Part shown: positions 38,371 to 47,128 of the stretch, piece after piece
How positions within the stretch are numbered: position 1 is the first letter of the stretch
Layout: each line of letters begins with the position of its first letter
Assembly (NCBI GenBank): GCA_050250895.1
Contig: JBFWNU010000003.1
Span: forward strand, 746,109 to 810,108
From: Vulcanimicrobiota bacterium
GTDB lineage: Bacteria > Vulcanimicrobiota > Xenobia > Xenobiales > JADMJV01
Direction of reading: 5' to 3'
Length of the DNA stretch: 64,000 nt
Notes under the pieces: generated by a model
The model's input: the letters and a program-made list of their open reading frames with translations, nothing else
Databases searched by the model: none
Told to the model about the DNA's origin: nothing
Translations under genes and position numbers: made by a program

Positions 38371-38480
38371 GGTCTTTAGATCGAGGCGCGAACGATGATT
38401 CCTTCCAATTTGTCCAGGTGGCAGGCTAAGCAGCGCGCCGGGCAGAAACGCGCCCCTCAAATCACCACGCAGGAGGAGTC

Positions 38481-40739
38481 ATGTCCCACCAGATTCAGCG
38501 GGCTGCCGTGATCGGCTCGGGCACCATGGGGGCCGGCATCGCCGCTCACCTGGCCAACGCCGGCGTACCGGTGTTGCTACTCGATATTCCAGCCGACGGC
38601 AAAGACCGCAACGCCATCGCCAAAAAAGGCCTCGAGCGGCTGCAAAAGAGCAAGCCGGCCGCTCTGATGGACAAGTCGCGTCTCGGACTCATCGAGATCG
38701 GCAATACCGAAGATGACCTGGCCAAAGTCAAACAGGTCGACTGGGTGGTGGAAGCCATCATCGAAAAGCTCGGCCCCAAGCAAGAACTGCTCGCTAAGCT
38801 CGAGGACCTGACCGGGCCCGATACCATCGTCAGTTCGAACTCCAGCGGCATCCCCATGCAGCTTCAGCTCAAGGGCCGGTCGGACGCCTTCAAAAAGCGC
38901 TTCCTCGGGACTCACTTCTTCAACCCCCCGCGCTATCTGCACTTGCTCGAGCTGATCCCCACCCCGGACACGGCGCCCGAGGTGATCGACTCGATCGCCG
39001 AGTTCGGCGACCGTGTTCTTGGCAAAGGCATCGTGATGGCCAAAGACGTGCCGGGATTTGCGGCCAACCGGGTGGGCCTCTACTGCGTGGCTCGGGCCAT
39101 GAAGGTGATGCTCGAGCTCGAGCTGACTCCCGATGTGGTCGACGCCATCACCGGACCGCTGATCGGTCGCCCCAAGAGCGCCACCTTCCGCACCATGGAC
39201 CTGTCGGGAGTCGATATCTGCTATACCGTGGCCAGCAACCTGGCTCAGGCTACGGGCGAGGACGTGGCTCTGCCGGAAGTGGTCAAGAAACTGGTCGACG
39301 AAGGGCGTCTGGGCGAGAAATCCGGCCAGGGTTTTTACAAGAAAGTGAAGTCCAACGGCAAGTCTCAGATTCTGACCCTCAACCTCGACAACTTCGAGTA
39401 TGAAGATCGTGGCAGCGTGCGCCTGGAAGAGGTCAAGCCGCTGCTGGCCTTGGCCACACCCGAGCAGCGCATCGAGGCTCTGCTCAAGAGCGACGGGCCG
39501 GCCGGAGAGTTCACCCGCCGCACTCTCTTTCACCAGATTCACTACGCCGCTTCCAAGGTGGGCGAAGTAGCCACCAGCGCGGCCGATGTCGACAACGCCC
39601 TCAAGTGGGGCTTTGGCTGGGAGGTCGGCCCCCTCGAGTTGGCCGAGCACCTGGGCCGCGAGAAAGTGGTCGAAGCCTTCAAAGAGCGCGGCCTGGATGT
39701 GCCCGCCTATTTCAAGAGCGACCGCCCCGCCTCGTCGGCCAACGGCCTGGTGGTGGTCAAGCGCCTGCATCAAGACAACCGGGTGGTCAAGACCAACTCG
39801 GACGCTTCCTTGCTCGACCTGGGCGACGGTGTGGCCCTGCTCGAGTTTCACTCGAAAGCCAACTCCATCGGCCAGAAGGTGCTCGAGATGTTCGACACCG
39901 CCGACGAGATCGTCAAGAAGGATTTCGTCGGTCTGGTCATCGGCAACCAGGGGCAGAACTTCTGCGCTGGGGCCGACATCAGCATGATCTTGCGCCTGGC
40001 TCAAGAGCAGAACTTCGAGGAGATTCGCCGGGCTGTCGGCATCTTCCAGGGCATGACCAGCCGTCTGCGCTACTGTCCGTTCCCCACGGTGAGCGCGCCC
40101 TTCGGGATGACCCTGGGCGGCGGCTGCGAAGTCATGCTGTGGTCTGACGAAGTGGTGTCGGGCGGCGAACTCTATACCGGTCTGGTCGAGGTCGGCGTCG
40201 GCATTCTGCCGGCTGGCGGAGGCACCACCGAGATGCTGATCCGCAAGAGCGAGCAACTCTTACCTGGAGCCGACCCGTTTACGGCCGTCCAGGCTGCTTT
40301 CGAGCTGATCGGGATGGGCAAGGTCTCGACCTCGGCCCTCGAGGCCCGCCAGATGAGCTTCTTGCGTCCGTTTGACCATATCTGTATGAATCACGACCGG
40401 CTCATCAGCGAAGCCAAAGCCCGGGTGCTGGCTCTGGCCCCCGGCTACACCGCGCCCCCACGTCGCCAGGTGAAGGTGCTGGGAGAGGAGGCCTACGCCA
40501 ATCTCTCGGCTGGCGCCTACATGATGAAAGAGGCCGGTTACATCACCGAGTACGAGTATCACCTGGCTCGCACCATCGCCAGGGTGCTCAGCGGCGGCAC
40601 CATGAACCGGTCCGACACCGTCGACGAGTCGGTGCTGCTCGAACTCGAAGGCGAGGCCTTCCTGTCGCTCTCGGGTGAGGCCAAGACGCAGGAGCGCCTG
40701 GCCCACACTCTCAAAACCGGAAAGACTCTGAGGAACTAA
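38481..40739 (+). CDS. fadN: 3-hydroxyacyl-CoA dehydrogenase/enoyl-CoA hydratase (FadN-type)
   Basis: [49 protein letters not shown]; AGGAGG RBS. Confidence 0.93.
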   Translation: MSHQIQRAAVIGSGTMGAGIAAHLANAGVPVLLLDIPADGKDRNAIAKKGLERLQKSKPAALMDKSRLGLIEIGNTEDDLAKVKQVDWVVEAIIEKLGPKQELLAKLEDLTGPDTIVSSNSSGIPMQLQLKGRSDAFKKRFLGTHFFNPPRYLHLLELIPTPDTAPEVIDSIAEFGDRVLGKGIVMAKDVPGFAANRVGLYCVARAMKVMLELELTPDVVDAITGPLIGRPKSATFRTMDLSGVDICYTVASNLAQATGEDVALPEVVKKLVDEGRLGEKSGQGFYKKVKSNGKSQILTLNLDNFEYEDRGSVRLEEVKPLLALATPEQRIEALLKSDGPAGEFTRRTLFHQIHYAASKVGEVATSAADVDNALKWGFGWEVGPLELAEHLGREKVVEAFKERGLDVPAYFKSDRPASSANGLVVVKRLHQDNRVVKTNSDASLLDLGDGVALLEFHSKANSIGQKVLEMFDTADEIVKKDFVGLVIGNQGQNFCAGADISMILRLAQEQNFEEIRRAVGIFQGMTSRLRYCPFPTVSAPFGMTLGGGCEVMLWSDEVVSGGELYTGLVEVGVGILPAGGGTTEMLIRKSEQLLPGADPFTAVQAAFELIGMGKVSTSALEARQMSFLRPFDHICMNHDRLISEAKARVLALAPGYTAPPRRQVKVLGEEAYANLSAGAYMMKEAGYITEYEYHLARTIARVLSGGTMNRSDTVDESVLLELEGEAFLSLSGEAKTQERLAHTLKTGKTLRN

Positions 40740-40741
40740 TC

Positions 40742-41923
40742 ATGCATAACGGTAAAACCCCCGTGATCGTCAGCGCCGTGCGCACCCCGGTGGGCCGCGG
40801 CCGTAAGGGTAGCCTGGCGGCCACCCGCCCCGACGACCTGGCCGCCCTGGTCATGAACGCTGCCCTGGCCAAGGCCAGGGTGGCTCCCGAGATGGTCGAG
40901 GATGTGGTCTTCGGCTGCGCCATGCCCGAAGGCGAGCAGGGCCTCAACGTGGCCCGGCTGGCCGCCCTGCTGGCCGGCTTGCCGGTGGAAGTGCCGGCGG
41001 TGACCGTCAACCGCTTCTGCTCATCCGGTTTGCAGGCGGTGGCCATGGCGGCCCAATCGATCGCCACCGGCATGACCGACTGCGCCATCGCCGGCGGAGT
41101 CGAGTCGATGAGCATGGTGCCGATGACAGGCTATCACCCTTCCATGAATCTGCGCTTGTTCGAGCTGAACCCGGGAGCCTATCTTGGCATGGGCCTGACG
41201 GCCGAGAACCTGGCCAGCAAATACAGCATCTCGCGTCAGGAGCAAGACGAGTTCGCCCTGGCCAGCCACCAGCGCGCCGCTGCCGCTATCGAGGCCGGCA
41301 AGTTCAAAGACGAGATCGTGCCGGTGGAAGTGCGCTTTGACCAGCGCAAAGGGGCCAAGGTCGAGTCGAAGATGATCACCTTCGACACCGACGAACTGGT
41401 GCGCTCGGATACTTCGATGGAGGCGCTGGGCTCGCTCAAGCCTTCGTTCAAGCTGAAAGGCTCGGTCACTCCCGGCAACTCGTCGCCGATCTCCGACGGA
41501 GCGGCGGCTTTGGTGCTGATGAGCGCCGACAAGGCAAAAGCCGAGGGCCTCGAGCCCCTGGCCGAGTTCGTGTCGTTTGCGGTAGCCGGTGTGCCCCCCG
41601 AGATCATGGGCATCGGGCCGGTGGCGGCCATTCCCAAAGCCCTGGCCAAGGCCGGCCTCAAGCTCGACGACATCAAGGTGATCGAGCTTAACGAAGCCTT
41701 TGCCGCTCAGAGCCTGGCCGTGCTCAAGGAGATGAACATCCCCCTCGACCGGGTCAATGAGAACGGCGGCGCCATCGCCCTGGGCCATCCCCTGGGCTGC
41801 ACCGGGGCCAAGCTCTCGGCCACCACCATCCACGAGCTACGCCGCCGCGGCGGCGGCTACGGCATGGTGACGATGTGCATCGGCGGCGGCCAGGGCGCAG
41901 CCGGCATTTTCAAGGTGAACTAG
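40742..41923 (+). CDS. fadA: Acetyl-CoA C-acyltransferase (thiolase)
   Basis: [35 protein letters not shown]. Confidence 0.95.
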   Translation: MHNGKTPVIVSAVRTPVGRGRKGSLAATRPDDLAALVMNAALAKARVAPEMVEDVVFGCAMPEGEQGLNVARLAALLAGLPVEVPAVTVNRFCSSGLQAVAMAAQSIATGMTDCAIAGGVESMSMVPMTGYHPSMNLRLFELNPGAYLGMGLTAENLASKYSISRQEQDEFALASHQRAAAAIEAGKFKDEIVPVEVRFDQRKGAKVESKMITFDTDELVRSDTSMEALGSLKPSFKLKGSVTPGNSSPISDGAAALVLMSADKAKAEGLEPLAEFVSFAVAGVPPEIMGIGPVAAIPKALAKAGLKLDDIKVIELNEAFAAQSLAVLKEMNIPLDRVNENGGAIALGHPLGCTGAKLSATTIHELRRRGGGYGMVTMCIGGGQGAAGIFKVN

Positions 41924-42060
41924 CCGTCTTCCGCGAGCTTGGCTGGCCAGCGCGCTCGGCGGGCTTGGCTGGCCGACGCGCTTGGCGGGCTTGGCGGGTA
42001 CGGCACCAGGTGGCGCCGAATTCGGCACGTGGTGGTGCCGTACGGCGGTGGGGCTGGCCT

Positions 42061-42164
42061 GGTCAAGGCATTTCCAAGGCCCCTCGGTTAGGATTAGCTC
42101 AGTGAGATGAGCAAACGGTTGGAACTCGGAGGCCCCGGAAACGGGGCCTCTTCCTTTTATTCCC
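42061..42164 (+). ncRNA. Candidate promoter + short RNA + terminator cassette, copy 1
   Basis: CAAGG-N6-CAAGG, TAGGAT, then gaggccccg-GAAA-cggggcctc and a pyrimidine/U run. Confidence 0.5.
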
Positions 42165-42442
42165 GCGCGGTCGCTGGCCTCGTCTGGCTCGGCGGGCCTG
42201 TCGGGCGCGCCTGGCGGGCAGGGGTAGGGCCGTACGGCGGAGGCTCTCCTGGGCCGTCTTCCGTGCGGAAGTGCCTCGCCGCGGCCTGGGTGTGGCGGGG
42301 CTGGCTGGTTGCTCTTCCGTGTGGAAGTGGCCTCGGCCGAACTGCCCTGGCTGGCCGGCGCGCTTGGCGGGGCTGGCGGGTACGGCACCAGGTGGCGCCG
42401 AATTCGGCACTTGGTGGTGCCGTACGGCGGTGGGGCTGGCCT

Positions 42443-42546
42443 GGTCAAGGCATTTCCAAGGCCCCTCGGTTAGGATTAGCTCAGTGAGATGAGCAAACGG
42501 TTGGAACTCGGAGGCCCCGGAAACGGGGCCTCCTCCTTTTATTCCC
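42443..42546 (+). ncRNA. Candidate short-RNA cassette, copy 2
   Basis: Near-identical to copy 1. Confidence 0.5.
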
Positions 42547-42915
42547 GCGCGGGTCGCTGGCCTCGTCTGGCTCGGCGGGCCTGTCGGGCGCGCCTGGCGG
42601 GGCGGCGGGTAGGGCCGTATGGCGGAGGCTCTCCTGGGCCGTCTTCCGTGCGGAAGTGCCTCGCCGCGGCCTGGGTGTGGCGGGGCTGGCGGGTACGGCA
42701 CCAGGTGGCGCCGAATTCGGCACTTGGTGGTGCCATACGGCGGAGAGGCTGGCTGGTTGCTCTTCCGTGCGGAAGTGGCCTCGGCTGAACTGCCCTGGCT
42801 GGCCGGCGCGCTTGGCGGGCTGGCGGGTACGGCACCAGGTGGCGCCGAATTCGGCACGTGGTGGTGCCGTACGGCGGGGAGGCTGGCCTGGCCCGACTTC
42901 CGGGCGGAAGTGCCT

Positions 42916-43018
42916 GGTCAAGGCATTTCCAAGGCCCCTCGGTTAGGATTAGCTCAGTGAGATGAGCAAACGGTTGGAACTCGGAGGCCCCGGAAACGGG
43001 GCCTCTTCCTTTATTCCC
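42916..43018 (+). ncRNA. Candidate short-RNA cassette, copy 3
   Basis: Near-identical to copy 1. Confidence 0.5.
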
Positions 43019-43110
43019 GCGCGATCGCTGGCCTCGTCTGGCTCGGCGGTCCAACCGGGCCAGCCCAGCCCGCGAGCGGGTTCGGCCGGTCGAAGGACGA
43101 AAGGTGAACC

Positions 43111-44067
43111 ATGCGATGGCAATGGTTGATATTGCTCGTGTTGCTCGGTTGTTCGCCCAGGACCACCCCGGTCGAGACGCCCAAGATCGACGAAGCCTTC
43201 CGTCCGCCGGATGAGGCGGCTCGCCAGGCGGCCATCGGCGAGGTGCCAAGCGAGCAAAAGGCCTGGTTCTCCACGGCCCACTACGAGCCGATCCAGGAGC
43301 CTCACTCCATGGACTGGCTGGCCAATCAACACGAAGCCGGGCAGACTTTTGACGAGTTCGTAGCCTCTCAGCCCAATCGCCCGGAGGGGTCCCGGTCGGT
43401 GGTCTACTTCCAGCCTATCGGGGAGTTCGGCGAGGATGCGCCTTCGCGACAGAAGCTGAGCCAGTTCACCTCGGCCTTCTTCGGGCTCAAAGTCGAGTGG
43501 CTCGACCCGCTGCCGACCGAGGGCCTGGGCGTGACCGAGCGTCTCAACGAACTCGAGGGGGAGCGGCAGTTGTTGACCGGGGACCTGCTAAAAGCACTCA
43601 AGAAGCGACTACCCGATGACGCCTACTGCGAGCTGGGCGTGACCATGGCCGACCTTTATCCGCGCGAAGGTTGGAACTACGTGTTTGGGGCGGCCTCGCT
43701 CAAGGACCGGGTCGGTGTCTATAGCTTCGCTCGTTACGACCCGGCTTTCTACGGCAATGATCGCAAGGATGGCTGGCGCGAACTGGTGCTATTGCGAAGC
43801 TGCAAGGTGCTGGCCCACGAGACGGGACACATGTTCGGTCTGGCCCACTGCATCCACTTTGACTGTTTGATGAACGGCTCGAACCACCTGGCCGAGACCG
43901 ATTCCCATCCGCTCTTTCTTTGCCCTGTCTGCCTGCGCAAGCTGCATTCCAGCGTGGGGTTTGACCCGGTGGCGCGCTATCGGGCACTCGAGTCGTTTTG
44001 TCGCGAGAATGGTCTGAGCGGCGAGGCCCAATGGTTGCAGCGACGCCTGGCTGAGCTCGCCGAGTGA
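43111..44067 (+). CDS. Archaemetzincin-like zinc metalloprotease (peptidase M54) lipoprotein
   Basis: Lipobox LLGC; HETGHMFGLAHC...CLMN...CPVC; WNYVFG. Confidence 0.9.
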   Translation: MRWQWLILLVLLGCSPRTTPVETPKIDEAFRPPDEAARQAAIGEVPSEQKAWFSTAHYEPIQEPHSMDWLANQHEAGQTFDEFVASQPNRPEGSRSVVYFQPIGEFGEDAPSRQKLSQFTSAFFGLKVEWLDPLPTEGLGVTERLNELEGERQLLTGDLLKALKKRLPDDAYCELGVTMADLYPREGWNYVFGAASLKDRVGVYSFARYDPAFYGNDRKDGWRELVLLRSCKVLAHETGHMFGLAHCIHFDCLMNGSNHLAETDSHPLFLCPVCLRKLHSSVGFDPVARYRALESFCRENGLSGEAQWLQRRLAELAE

Positions 44068-44106
44068 CCCAACAGGACAAGGCTTTACCGACCCGAACGG
44101 GGTCAG

Positions 44107-45033
44107 ATGAAGAGACTGTTCTGGTTACTGGTGTTTTGCCTGGTCGGATGCAATCGCACTGTCGTGACCCCAGAGATCCCGCCGCCGTTGGGCGAACTCA
44201 AGTATCAGCTGCAAGGCTACTCGGCTGACGGCCAGCAGGCCTTTGCCACTGACTTGCCGGGCGAGGCACGGGCGCTGCTTGGGCCTGACGAGCAAGGCAA
44301 CATCTACGTGACCATAGACGCCAAGCTGCTAGCCTTTGATGGCAACGGTAACCCGGTGGGCAAGGCCCAGGAGCCGCCGGGCACCCCGCGGGCGTTAGCG
44401 GGCCAGACGATTTTCTGCCAGAGCGAGAGCGGTGTTAGCGCCTATGACCGCGAGGCCAAGAAGGAACTCTGGAGTCGGCAACTCGAGAGCCCCCTCTGGC
44501 TGACTCCCTCGTCCGACGGCTTACTGGTCGGGACGTCCACCGAGTGTCATCTGTTGGATGCCGAGGGCAAGGAGATCTGGAAGGATCAGTTCGAGTATCA
44601 GCCGGTGGGGGCGTCAGCCGCGGGCGGGAGGGTGTTCGTGACGGTCTCCAAGCCGGCGCTCTACGCCTATGACCTGAAGACCGGTAAGAAACTGTGGGAA
44701 AAGAGCTGGGACGGTGGCGAGAACAACTGGGTCGGCAGCGTGTCGACCCCAGAGGCGGTTTTTCAGTCGCTTAGTTCGGGTTTGACGGCGCTCAAAGCCG
44801 AGACCGGCGAGGAACTCTGGTCGTCACCGGCCGAGACCCGGATGATAGCCTACCAGGACGGCAAGGTCTTTGGTCAGGCTCATCTCCACAAGGGGGTGGT
44901 GGTGGATGCCCTGACCGGCGAAACCGTGGCGGAGTTCGCGATGCCAATGTTTGTAACCATCCCCCTGGTTGCCGCCGATGGCAAGTTCTTCGTCACCGGG
45001 AATGTGGTTCCCAAGCTGCCTCAGGAACAGTAG
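44107..45033 (+). CDS. PQQ-like/BamB-type beta-propeller lipoprotein
   Basis: Lipobox LVGC; repeated A(Y/L)D..TG..LW motifs. Confidence 0.82.
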   Translation: MKRLFWLLVFCLVGCNRTVVTPEIPPPLGELKYQLQGYSADGQQAFATDLPGEARALLGPDEQGNIYVTIDAKLLAFDGNGNPVGKAQEPPGTPRALAGQTIFCQSESGVSAYDREAKKELWSRQLESPLWLTPSSDGLLVGTSTECHLLDAEGKEIWKDQFEYQPVGASAAGGRVFVTVSKPALYAYDLKTGKKLWEKSWDGGENNWVGSVSTPEAVFQSLSSGLTALKAETGEELWSSPAETRMIAYQDGKVFGQAHLHKGVVVDALTGETVAEFAMPMFVTIPLVAADGKFFVTGNVVPKLPQEQ

Positions 45034-45094
45034 CTAAACTGTCCGTCGCCGTAAACGTGTGCGGCAGCGTCGGTGTCGACTTGCGGCGGAAGTG

Positions 45095-45197
45095 GGTCAA
45101 GGAATCTCCAAGGCATGTCGGTTAGGATTAGCTCAGTGAGATGAGCAAAACGGTTGGAACTCGGAGGCCCCGGCAACGGGGCCTCCTCTCTTATTCC
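45095..45197 (+). ncRNA. Candidate short-RNA cassette, diverged copy 4
   Basis: Same CAAGG boxes and TAGGAT; one-base insertion (gagcaaaacgg); hairpin loop GAAA changed to GCAA. Confidence 0.5.
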
Positions 45198-46405
45198 TGG
45201 AGCGGCCCCATGGGGCTGATCAGCTCACGCAGCGACTCGATGGGCACGGGAACCTGCGTCGGTTGACCATCGTGGAAGAGATCCACTAGCACTAGCTTCT
45301 TGGGAGTGAGGTAGAACTGGGGCTCCTGGTCGAGAAAGTCGTCCGCCATTTTGAACTGGTATTCTCGGTCGGCGATGGGCCCGGCGATCTCTCTGAGCTT
45401 GGGCAGAGTGTCGCCGATGTTGGCTTTGAAGAGATCGCGATAGTTGTCTTGCCGACCGGTGTGAAGGCTGATGTTGCGGGTGGTAAAGGTGCGATTGTGC
45501 GAGCCGGCGCCGCGCAGCTTGCCTGAACTCTTGTAGAGCACGCTGATATAGTCGGCGTCGAGGCGGGTCACTTCGAAGCTGCGAAATTCGTAGTAGTCGT
45601 CTTCCCATTGATAGGGCTTGGGTGGAAAGGCCTCCTCGAGTTCCTTATTGATCCTGGCCTGGAGCTCGGTGTCGACCATGCCGCGCAGTTGGGGATAGTA
45701 GCAGGTGCTATAGAATCTGCCCACGTGCACCTTGCGCCCTTTGGTGACCAGGCGGGGCACACCGGTGAGGTCGGTGAGCAGATGGGTGAGAGCCGCGTTC
45801 TTGACCTCGGCAAGGCCGCCGTCGTCAGACTTCAAGTGGCGGGCGATTTCGACCGCTTCGGGCCGGTGGACGTTGCAGACCAGCTGAATTAGAAAGATGG
45901 AACGCAGCTCGGCATCGCGGCCCGGTTCCTTGCGGTGGCCGAATTCTGCCTCAGACAGCCGTTGCAGACGAGCCCGGGTGTCGTCTCCGAGTTCGGCCAG
46001 GGCGCCTTCGAGGGCATAGCCGACGTCACGATGGGTTTCGACCCGCAGTCGCTGCCGCAGGGGGGCGACGGCGGCCGGCGAGTGGGTGCCACCGAGTAAT
46101 ACCGCGCTCACGTAACGCTCCCAGGGCTCGGGGCTCGAGAGCTGTTTGACCAGCACAGCCACCTGGCCGGGACCGACGCGCGCCCAGTCGCGGCGGGCCT
46201 GACGATAGCGACGCAGGGTGCTGGCGCTGGTGTAGTTGCCCAACTCGTCAAACTGCTGCCAGTAGTGGCGAGCCGGTTCGACAGTCTCCGTGGGCAGTTT
46301 GGCCAGCACGGCCTTGAGGCCGTCATCGCTGCCCCAGCCCTTCTTGAACTGGTCGGCCTGGGCAGCCAGGCTAGCGATGAGCAGGATGGCGAGTAGGCGG
46401 CGCAT
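45191..46405 (-). CDS. Secreted protein with HEAT-like repeats and C-terminal DUF3298/RsiV-like domain
   Basis: Signal peptide; WERYVSAVLLG...AVAPL; YPQL...INKEL...NISLHTG...DLF...FYLT. Confidence 0.72.
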   Translation of the reverse strand: MRRLLAILLIASLAAQADQFKKGWGSDDGLKAVLAKLPTETVEPARHYWQQFDELGNYTSASTLRRYRQARRDWARVGPGQVAVLVKQLSSPEPWERYVSAVLLGGTHSPAAVAPLRQRLRVETHRDVGYALEGALAELGDDTRARLQRLSEAEFGHRKEPGRDAELRSIFLIQLVCNVHRPEAVEIARHLKSDDGGLAEVKNAALTHLLTDLTGVPRLVTKGRKVHVGRFYSTCYYPQLRGMVDTELQARINKELEEAFPPKPYQWEDDYYEFRSFEVTRLDADYISVLYKSSGKLRGAGSHNRTFTTRNISLHTGRQDNYRDLFKANIGDTLPKLREIAGPIADREYQFKMADDFLDQEPQFYLTPKKLVLVDLFHDGQPTQVPVPIESLRELISPMGPLQE

Positions 46406-46525
46406 TGCAGGAAGTTCGCGTCCGGTCGGGGGCTCTTCCTTTGAGAGGCGAGCCTGTTGCGAGGTCGAAATTCTTTCCGGCCCTGGTCTTCGTGTTGGGG
46501 CTCGGCTATGGCTCGCTCTCGCTAC

Positions 46526-47128
46526 TCATCCTTTTGTATCAGAAGGCGCGAGAGAAAAGGCCAGCGTGAAAATGGCGGTCCAGGCCAGCAGGGCCAGCCA
46601 CCAGGGAAGGGACCGCTCCCCCAGCCACAGTTGCCGATGAGGATATTCCACCCGGGTCGACCAGACCCAACCATGGCCCACTCGCAAGCTGACTTGTTGG
46701 TCGCTCAAGAAGAGGGCGTATTCGCCCGCTCGCGAGGCTTTGACACGCCAGACTCTCTGGCCGTCGAGGGTTACCGGTCCGGCCTCGATGGTCACTCCTT
46801 CAGGCACTTCGAGGACGCTGCCGCGCACCAGCACGCTCTCGCCGACCCGCAGAGGCCGGGCGTGCCAGTAGCCATAAAGCGGAAGCACCACCCAGGCTAA
46901 CGGGATGAGAAAGGCCAGCCCCGGTCGCAGTAGTTGGCGGCCCCAGACCAGGCTGGCCCGCAACAGGTCGGCCAGGCAGGCCAGGATTTGGCGGGGCACA
47001 TCGCGGTAGAGCCCGATCTCGAGCAGATGGCCGACCACGCGCTGGCCGGCGGCCGGGTCGACCAGGCGTCGATAGAGCCATAGCCAGGCGACTGCCAGCA
47101 ATGCGCCACCGAGCGCCAGCCCGCTCAT
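46526..47128 (-). CDS. Conserved hypothetical membrane protein (3 TM)
   Basis: GHLLEIGLY...RPLRVGE...YP..LW...PWW; ATGA overlap with the upstream gene. Confidence 0.72.
   Translation of the reverse strand: MSGLALGGALLAVAWLWLYRRLVDPAAGQRVVGHLLEIGLYRDVPRQILACLADLLRASLVWGRQLLRPGLAFLIPLAWVVLPLYGYWHARPLRVGESVLVRGSVLEVPEGVTIEAGPVTLDGQRVWRVKASRAGEYALFLSDQQVSLRVGHGWVWSTRVEYPHRQLWLGERSLPWWLALLAWTAIFTLAFSLAPSDTKG

Larger units (their letters stand above)
41925..43060. repeat. Second mosaic repeat array: three imperfect units (periods 382 and 473 bp)
   Basis: GTACGGCACCaggtggcGCCGAATTCGGCac(g/t)tggtGGTGCCGTAC palindromes, CTTCC-N4-GGAAG palindromes and three copies of the promoter/hairpin cassette. 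Confidence 0.92.

Noticed and set aside
38577-40256. Long antisense ORFs (559 aa here; also 3878-5131, 17863-19248, 21765-22997, 53256-54599)
   Set aside because: Mirror frames of well-supported genes, expected from high-GC3 codon bias
42087-42150. tRNA gene (GGATTAGCTCAGT...GAGCA resembles a D-arm)
   Set aside because: No pairable anticodon stem, no TTCRA T-loop, no acceptor stem or CCA
41837-43332. ORFs in the second array, including MSKRLELGGPGNGA...
   Set aside because: Products of repeat DNA; the diverged copy at 45095 has a +1 insertion that breaks this frame
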